DNA of 64,000 nucleotides, from assembly GCF_009914755.1 (NCBI RefSeq), contig NC_060925.1, one strand, 5' to 3'. This document shows positions 57,166-64,000 of this stretch, one piece after another. The notes below the pieces were generated by a model, which was not told the DNA's origin, did no database searches, and was given only the letters and a program-made list of their open reading frames with translations. Both the position numbers and the translations under genes were made by a program. This stretch comes from the human T2T-CHM13v2.0 reference genome, Homo sapiens. The stretch's first letter is position 1; the number at the start of each line of letters is the position of its first letter.

Positions 57166-58026
57166 AAGTGGAGAAGGAAGAATAAAATAATAAAGTCCAG
57201 GCTCCTTTTCACTCCCGATGATTGGTGATGCCTGTGCAGGAAGCTCCTGCTCCCAGAGAGACCAGAGGGCCACTGCCCACCTTGTCCCTTCACACAATTA
57301 TATACCATTTCAAACCACCACCATGGTTCTTTGGCTCCTTCCAGGCAACCTACGTCTTCCTTCCTTTCTTTGTCTCTCTACTGCCCATCTATACGAGCCT
57401 GCATGTGCCAGGGAGTCAGTGGCCCCATGCTTGGGAAAGACTGCCCGCCCTTGCTTTACGCTTTCTCAGCTTTCCCTCCTTCCCTCTAGGTGCTTCTTGC
57501 GTGGTGCAGGAACAAACGTGCCACCTCCTTCATCTGGCCAGCTCCCCAATCCCGGGCTGTCTGGTCCCCTGCTGTCTGGCTCCTCCCTTCAGGTTCCTGC
57601 CAGTCCTCCCAAGACTTCTTGACATTTTCTTCTTCCTTTCCTGGGACTCAAATTCCACTCCATCCCCTCCCCTTTTCTTTGTTCTGACCCATAATAACCT
57701 TAATACAACCACCACCACCATAATGGTAAGGACTAATGTACTCCTGCCTAGGAAGAGGGTGAGTATTTATTTTGTGCACTAACTCTCAGATGTTCCAGAA
57801 AATGTTTCCAGATCTTGTCTCTGCCTCCCGGTCCACATTAGGCCTGATGAAAGGATGTGTGCTGTGGAATCAAGGTAGAAAGCTTTTCCCCCCAGTCATT
57901 ACCCCCCGCATCTCTGCAGCGCTTGACCATCTAGCACGCCCCTGTGTAGAACCATTCGCATCTAGCGTGACCCTCCTGGGAACCCGGGAGGCAGACAGGG
58001 CAGGCATAATAACCTCCTTTGTCAGA

Positions 58027-58045
58027 TGAGTCACGAGATGAGTCA
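58027..58045. promoter_or_regulatory. Tandem AP-1 sites
   Basis: TGAGTCA at 58027 and 58039. Confidence 0.5.
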
Positions 58046-59999
58046 CAAGAGGCGACAGAAAATCAAGGAGTTTGCCCAAGGCCACGGAGCTCCGAAGAGC
58101 TGGATCTGCGCATTCCTGGCTCTGAACCAGGATCAAGTGCCCCTGCAGGCCTGAGACAACCCACAATCGGCCTGTTTGAGTGTCCAGTTTAGACTCCAGA
58201 CCAATGGGAGTTTGCCAAGATAATAAGTTCCACATAACAAAGCCCACTGTGTGTGCCACGGGAGAGCGTAGGAGAAGGCACAACAGCAGCAAACGGTGGT
58301 TATTAAATGTTATGTTTACATAAAACTCCATTGGTTAGAAAATTCCATTCTCAGGTGCGATTTCATTTGATCTCATGGCAGCTGATTATTGTCTCAAGAT
58401 GTGGAAACTGAGGAAATGTGACCCATCTGGCTAGAAAGGAGCTGAGCTGGGGTATTTCCCTAAGATTCCTGTTTCCTATGCCTGGATCCTTCCCCCTCGA
58501 AGACTGATTAATAACTATGATCAGCTTGCTTCTCTGCTCGAAGATTCAGGGGTTCTGGCCTGGGTAGTTTGCCAGCCCATTTCTCAGAACAATGTGGGAG
58601 GCAACAAGGGCCTAGAAAGTGGTTTCGAGGAAATGTGGCCAAGAAAGAGGGCCTTGGGGATGGAAGAACTTGGCAAGGAGATCTGAGCTGGCCTGCTGGA
58701 TCCAGAGCAGTGTCAGGCAGGCAGCCAGGTGGAGCCTGGATGCGAGCTGCTGCCCGGGCGACTGAGGATGGAGGCAGCACGAGTCTCCAGCATCCTTCTG
58801 CCAGCAGTGAAATGTGCTCTGAACCTTTCCCTGAGCTTTGTGCCTCCCTCTCTAGGCAGCCCCTAGGGATTAACCCCTGCCCCAAAGCCCTTCAGCATCG
58901 CCACAGCTAATCTCTGTGATGCCATCTGCACATGTCAACATGTGACTGTAATGGTGGCAGAGCTTGTGTCCCATCTCCAGGCCCCTTTCCAGTCTACCCA
59001 GTAGACACATTCTGCAAACACTAGCTGACTGATCCCACCCCTTTGTCCTGCTTTCCTGTGCAACCTGGTTGTGGTTCCATGGTGTGACTGCACAGTGGGT
59101 GGGAAAGGGGGCAGCTCAAATAATGGACAACTGCAGTCAGTGAGGAAAGGAAGGGCACGTGAATTCACAGAGCACCACAAATGTTATTTTGTTCACAGAC
59201 CTTGCAGACCCCACCCCATGCTGCACTGGGAGGCTGGTTCCTCGGGAAGTCTGGTGGCCCCTGTGCAGATGTCTTAGGCGCCCCTGGCCATGTTCCCTTG
59301 GCTCAGTGTTCAGCTGCCCTGTGGCAGGTGGCTCCTGCTCCGTGGGACTCACGCTTACCCCAGGCAGCATCTTTCCCACACCTAGGGCCTTTCAGCTTCA
59401 GGCCTTGAGGCTTCTCTGGTGCCATGGGAGCCTTTTCCACCCACTGCAGGGGCAGCCCTTAACCACCGGGGGATGGTCGGTGGATGCCTGGTCTCCTGGC
59501 CTTCAGGGCACAGTTCTGGGATGCCTTGGCGGGCTGAGCTTCCACACCCTACAGTTTGCTACTCACATCTCCTCCTCTCTAAGAACATCTTGTGCAGTGC
59601 CTTGGCAGGAGGGACAACAAGGGGACATGGACCACCCCCAGGGGCCTGGCTCCTTCCCATTCCTCATTTCCTCCTTCGTGGTTCTCATGACAGGGCAGCC
59701 TTCATGAGGTGCCTGCGTTTTACTGCTCTTCTGTTGCCGACTTGAAATTCGTAATGCTCTTTGAACAGGGAGTCGCATTTTCATTTTGTACTGGGTCACA
59801 CAGACAACGTAGCTGGTCCTGCCTGGTAGTTTGCTGCTTGGGGAGAGGCCTCTGTAAGTGATGAGAGCAAAATGAGACCTGTCCTCTGGCCAAGCTGAGC
59901 TCATTGTTTCTTCCCTCCTCTGAGCACAACAGAAACCCAGGCACAGTGGGAGCTTTTATCAGGGTCCCTGTGACAACGGCGCATGGAAGTTGGGGGCTG

Positions 60000-60048
60000 G
60001 GGGGAGACAGGCCTTAGGGGCCAGGGGGAGACAGGCCTTAGGGGCCAG
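60000..60048. repeat. Perfect 24-bp G-rich tandem duplication
   Basis: GGGGGAGACAGGCCTTAGGGGCCA twice. Confidence 0.95.
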
Positions 60049-62574
60049 CTGGTCCATCCCCCAACCAGAGTGGGTTTTCCCACCCAGCACCCTGGCACAG
60101 GCTCACCCAGCCTCTTTGTGAATTCTTCTAGTGACAAGAAAGGGCCTTTTTTTATTTTATTTTATTTTTTTATCGTGGACTCGAATTGTCATTGCCCCTC
60201 ACTCTGGTGAAGTGTTATAAGGTTCTCCAAACCCTTCCATGAGGATTATCTCACTGGATTCTCACCACCCTCTCCTTGTGCAGCAGACATTTTCTAAAGA
60301 GTGGAAATTAAGGAAATTCCGGTAATTTTCAGATTAGCAGCCCTTGCACCTCCCACTCAGCCTTTTCCCTTCCTTCAACCAGCGATGGAAATCTCACCTA
60401 GGAAGCCTTTCAGCCTGTCAAAAAAGAAAAAATGCCTCCTAATTCCTTGTACTAAATTATTCCCTCCCCGCTCCACCCTGGGCTGTAGGTAATGTAATGT
60501 CTTTTTTCAGATGTCCTTCACTTTGAATAACAGTCAGAAAATGGCATGAGGTAGGCAGCCTTTTCATAGGCTTGTTAAATGTATTAGACCCCGGTGGAAA
60601 GATGGGAGAATAAAGGAGGATCACAGAGCCTCCCTCTCCTAGTGATGACGGTAGAGCACACACCTTTTAAAGTGCCAGTCAAGGAAAGAAACAGAGGCTT
60701 CTAAAAGGCTGTGGCTTTTACGCCACCCCCACCTGGAGGAAATACGCCCACCAAGAACATCCTGAGCACTTCACCAATACCTGTCAGTTAGGAAAGCGAC
60801 TGCCAGAGGGGATGGGCAGGGACGGTACCCAGAGTGGAGGTCCCCACCAGCTTTAGCTTATGTCTTCCAGTGGGCTGCAGGGTTGAGGGGAAAAGCTGGA
60901 GCCCATGCCAGGAGCAACCCAGGCAGAGGAAGCCTCACCATGAGGCCCCCCTGGGGTACACTGGCAGACAGACACACACACTGAGCCTTGAGATGTCTGA
61001 GGCTGAGGCTGTGGCAGGAGCCCCTGGAAGGAGACACATGTGTCCACTCCCACAGGCCCAGTGCTCCTCCTGCTAATGCAGCTTACAGCAAACCCTCAGA
61101 TCTTTACTTTCACTTGCTTCTTGTCTGTGGTTTGCAGATTCCTAGTACCTATGCTCTGCCCACCCATGCCTGCCCCTCCTCTCCTCCCACTCTCCCCTAA
61201 CAGTAAATACCTTTCAAATGAGAAACCCTCTGAGCACCCCTGCTTGCTGGCACCCTCTGTGCTAGAATCTCCTGCTGCAGTCAGACAGGTACCTGGGCGG
61301 GGGGTGAAGGGGAGCTGGAGCTGGGCTGGTGAGGTAACCCTGCTGTCCTTCCTCTCCAAGGCCTAATAAAGAGGAAGACAGAGTCTGAGGCAATGCTTCC
61401 TGTGACACCAGGTTTCTGCATCCCTCAGACATCGCTCCAATGACAATTTCAATTATTATTCCTGATCGGACATGGCACAGATTCTGAAGGCTGGCTTTCA
61501 GTAATCAGCTGTTCCATTTCTCTGCCTCCAAGAAGAAATGCTTTATTAATTCCACATTCATTAACTCATTCATTCCCTTGCTTTTTCTAGCCATCCTTTG
61601 GGAAAACAAGGACGGTCTTCTTTATAATAAGCTAGCCCAGAACCACTCTGAATATCGTAATGCCTGAGCAGCCATCTCCATATCCATGAGTTGCTGTTTA
61701 TGCCAAGCTTCCCACCAGATGATGGTTTGAAGTATTTCCAAATCTTCTCTAAGAGAACTGTTCCATAACCTCATCATGGCCCTGAAGCCTCTCTCTCTTG
61801 GAATTCCCAATTTCTGGTGTTACTCTGAAGTTCCGTGAATGGTGGGCTGGACAGCTTGTTGGATATTTGTCTGGGGAATCAAAGGCTCTTAGGGCCAGAT
61901 GGGGCTTTGAAACATCACCTGCTTCTCATCTCCTCACCCCCACCCCCAGCAGGGCAGAGTTTCGAATACACACCTGCTAATCCAGCTTTGCCTCGTTTCT
62001 TTGTGCTCTACCATGATAACCTCAATAGCCATAAGCAATATCTTATTCTAATCTGCCCACTTCCTTCTGATACCCACTAAGAACTGAGCACCCAGAACTT
62101 ACCACTGGAAGGTAAAGTGTCAATTCTCAAGATATAAACTTCTGAGACTTCTGCAACTAGAAAGGAGAAAGGTTTTCAAAATTACTTTCAATTTCCTGAA
62201 GCATTAGGACACTTTCAATGTAGTTTTATATTTAGAATCATATGAATTATACAGAGAACCGTGGGCTGGTGGACAGCTTCCAAATACTAGAAATTATATT
62301 TCCCTCCATTTTGATAATTAGTTCAAGGTCTTCACCACAAGTGACATCATGTCTCAGAAGCAAAAATAGGTCCCTATTAAGCCTATGTAATGTCTTGTCT
62401 AGTAGATCTGATTTCCTCTTTATGCCCCCGTCTCCTCACCTTCCTAATTGGCCTCAAAGCTTTTTCTCACTGCTGTCTGGAGCCTTAGATATATTAAATA
62501 TAGTCTGACTGTGTGGGGTTAGGGACTTGGCTATGCTGATTGCATGTGTCTAACTTAAAAACCAAGAGACCTAG

Positions 62575-62835
62575 GGCATGATAACAGCTCATTGCAGCCT
62601 CAATTCTCTCAGGCTCCAGTGATCCTCCTACTTCAGCTTCTCGAGTAGCTGGGACCACAGGTACACACCACCATGCCTGGCTAATTTTTTTTTTTTTAAG
62701 TAGACACGGGGTTTCACCATGTTGGCCAGGCTGATCTCCTGTCAGCCTGGTGTCAAACTCCTGGGCTCAAGTGATCCTCCTGCCTTGGCCTCCCAAAGTG
62801 CTGGGGTTATAGGCATGAGCCACTGCATTGGGTAT
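62575..62835 (-). mobile_element. Alu (J-like), tail-side truncated, with hairpin insertion
   Basis: Antisense Alu lacking a poly-T end. Confidence 0.85.
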
Positions 62836-63012
62836 GCATGGAACACATCACTTGCAGTTTAGGCACATCTCAATATGAGAATAACTTACATCCTCTGTTA
62901 AACCCAGTTGGGGTGAGATAAACACAGCCTCCTTACTGCACATTCAGTACAATGTGCCAGTGTCTTATGTGCTTCCTGTATATAATCTCACTTAATACTG
63001 AAAAGAAGTCTT

Positions 63013-63309
63013 GGCCAGGCATGGTGGCTCACGCCTGTAATCCTAGCACTTTGTGAGGCCAAGGTGGGCGGATCATGAGGTCAGGAGTTCAAGACCAGCC
63101 TGGCCAACATGGTGAAACCCCGTCTCTAATAAAAATACAAAAATTAGCCAGGTGTGGTGGTGCACACCTGAAGTCCCAGCTACTCAGGAGGCTGAGGCAG
63201 GAGAATCACTGAACCGGGACCCGGGAGGCAGAGGTTGCAGTGAGCCGAGATCACGCGGCTGCACTCTGGGCTGCAGAGTGAGACTCCGTCTCAGAAAAAA
63301 AAAAAAAAA
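63013..63309 (+). mobile_element. Alu (S-like)
   Basis: TSD AAAAGAAGTCTT. Confidence 0.93.
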
Positions 63310-64000
63310 GAAGTCTTTGAGCGTTTCCCATTTAACACATAAGGAGAGTGAGGTTGAGAGGATAAGAAACTTGCCAAAGGGCCAAGGTCGAATTGAAGTC
63401 CCCGGTTCTGCTGCTCCTGGGCTCCTACTTGGACAAGCCCTTAACACTTGATGGCGCCATGACAGAGGGATATTTGGGCACTAGTGGCCATCGTGGCCTA
63501 GAATTTATTACCTACTCTAGTTCCACACTAGAATTCAGAAAAGAAAGAAACTATTATGAGATTGAAATCTGTATCCCCTTTGGTCTAACATAAAAATGTT
63601 CTTTTTATCTTCTACTATATAGGGCAAAATTTTTAAAATGCACTTCACTTCCACATCCAAAAAAAAAAAATAATTAATTTCAGGGCTTTTTTCATGGTTA
63701 ATTGTATCTCTGCAGCAGCTGAGAGGAACATTAATAAAAATTATCTTTTGGGGTTTTGGGATTATTAAAATTGAGGATAAGGATGTTATGGAAGCTTTAG
63801 CTTCTAGATCCATCGCCCTTTTAACAAATATACTTGTTCCTTTAGATTTCACTCTTATTTACGAAATACGTAAATCTGAACCAAAGCAATATGCTGTTTT
63901 GGGGAAAATATATGAATGCAAATAAAAGAAAGCTGATTCTAGTCCCCACAATTCTACTAAGTAGCCATTTGATGCTACCAGCAATGCACCAAAATTGTAT

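Noticed and set aside
57218-59944. Overlapping 100-186 aa ORFs in unique GC-rich DNA
   Set aside because: They occur in several frames on both strands with no domain similarity or consistent exon structure, as expected by chance at this GC content.
60511-60550. Possible 40-nt exon (TTTTTTCAG|...GAG|GTAGGC); similar single candidate at ~47057-47098
   Set aside because: Isolated, with no partner exons or coding signal; cannot be separated from background.
63535-64000. 105-aa minus-strand ORF and AT-rich end with AATAAA as a gene 3' end
   Set aside because: No recognisable protein; AATAAA is common in AT-rich DNA.

Overview
Primate (most likely human) non-coding genomic DNA, roughly half interspersed repeats. 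I cannot support any host protein-coding exon. Nearly all ORFs in the supplied track are Alu, LTR or low-complexity artefacts. The main features are two proviral structures that each retain both LTRs. (1) A 7.5-kb LTR2/Harlequin (HERV-E-related, Glu-tRNA PBS) mosaic provirus at 9178-16705 sits inside an antisense Alu with a GCAT target-site duplication (TSD). It carries decayed gag, pol and two different env fragments, and shows a strong G-to-A / Trp-to-stop signature. (2) A 4.5-kb non-coding MER41A-type element at 28857-33399 sits inside an older MaLR LTR. The two proviruses share a homologous AT-rich internal module. The rest is about 34 Alu copies or fragments, MaLR/ERV1 solo LTRs, L1M/L2/MIR relics, DNA-transposon MITEs and microsatellites, plus several small duplications and template-switch scars. 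Candidate regulatory elements include a GC-box/CpG patch at ~21 kb, a (GGAA)13 array, tandem AP-1 sites and CTCF-like motifs. Repeat family names come from recalled consensus sequences, not a database search. I found no clearly new biological system; the best leads are listed as testable hypotheses.
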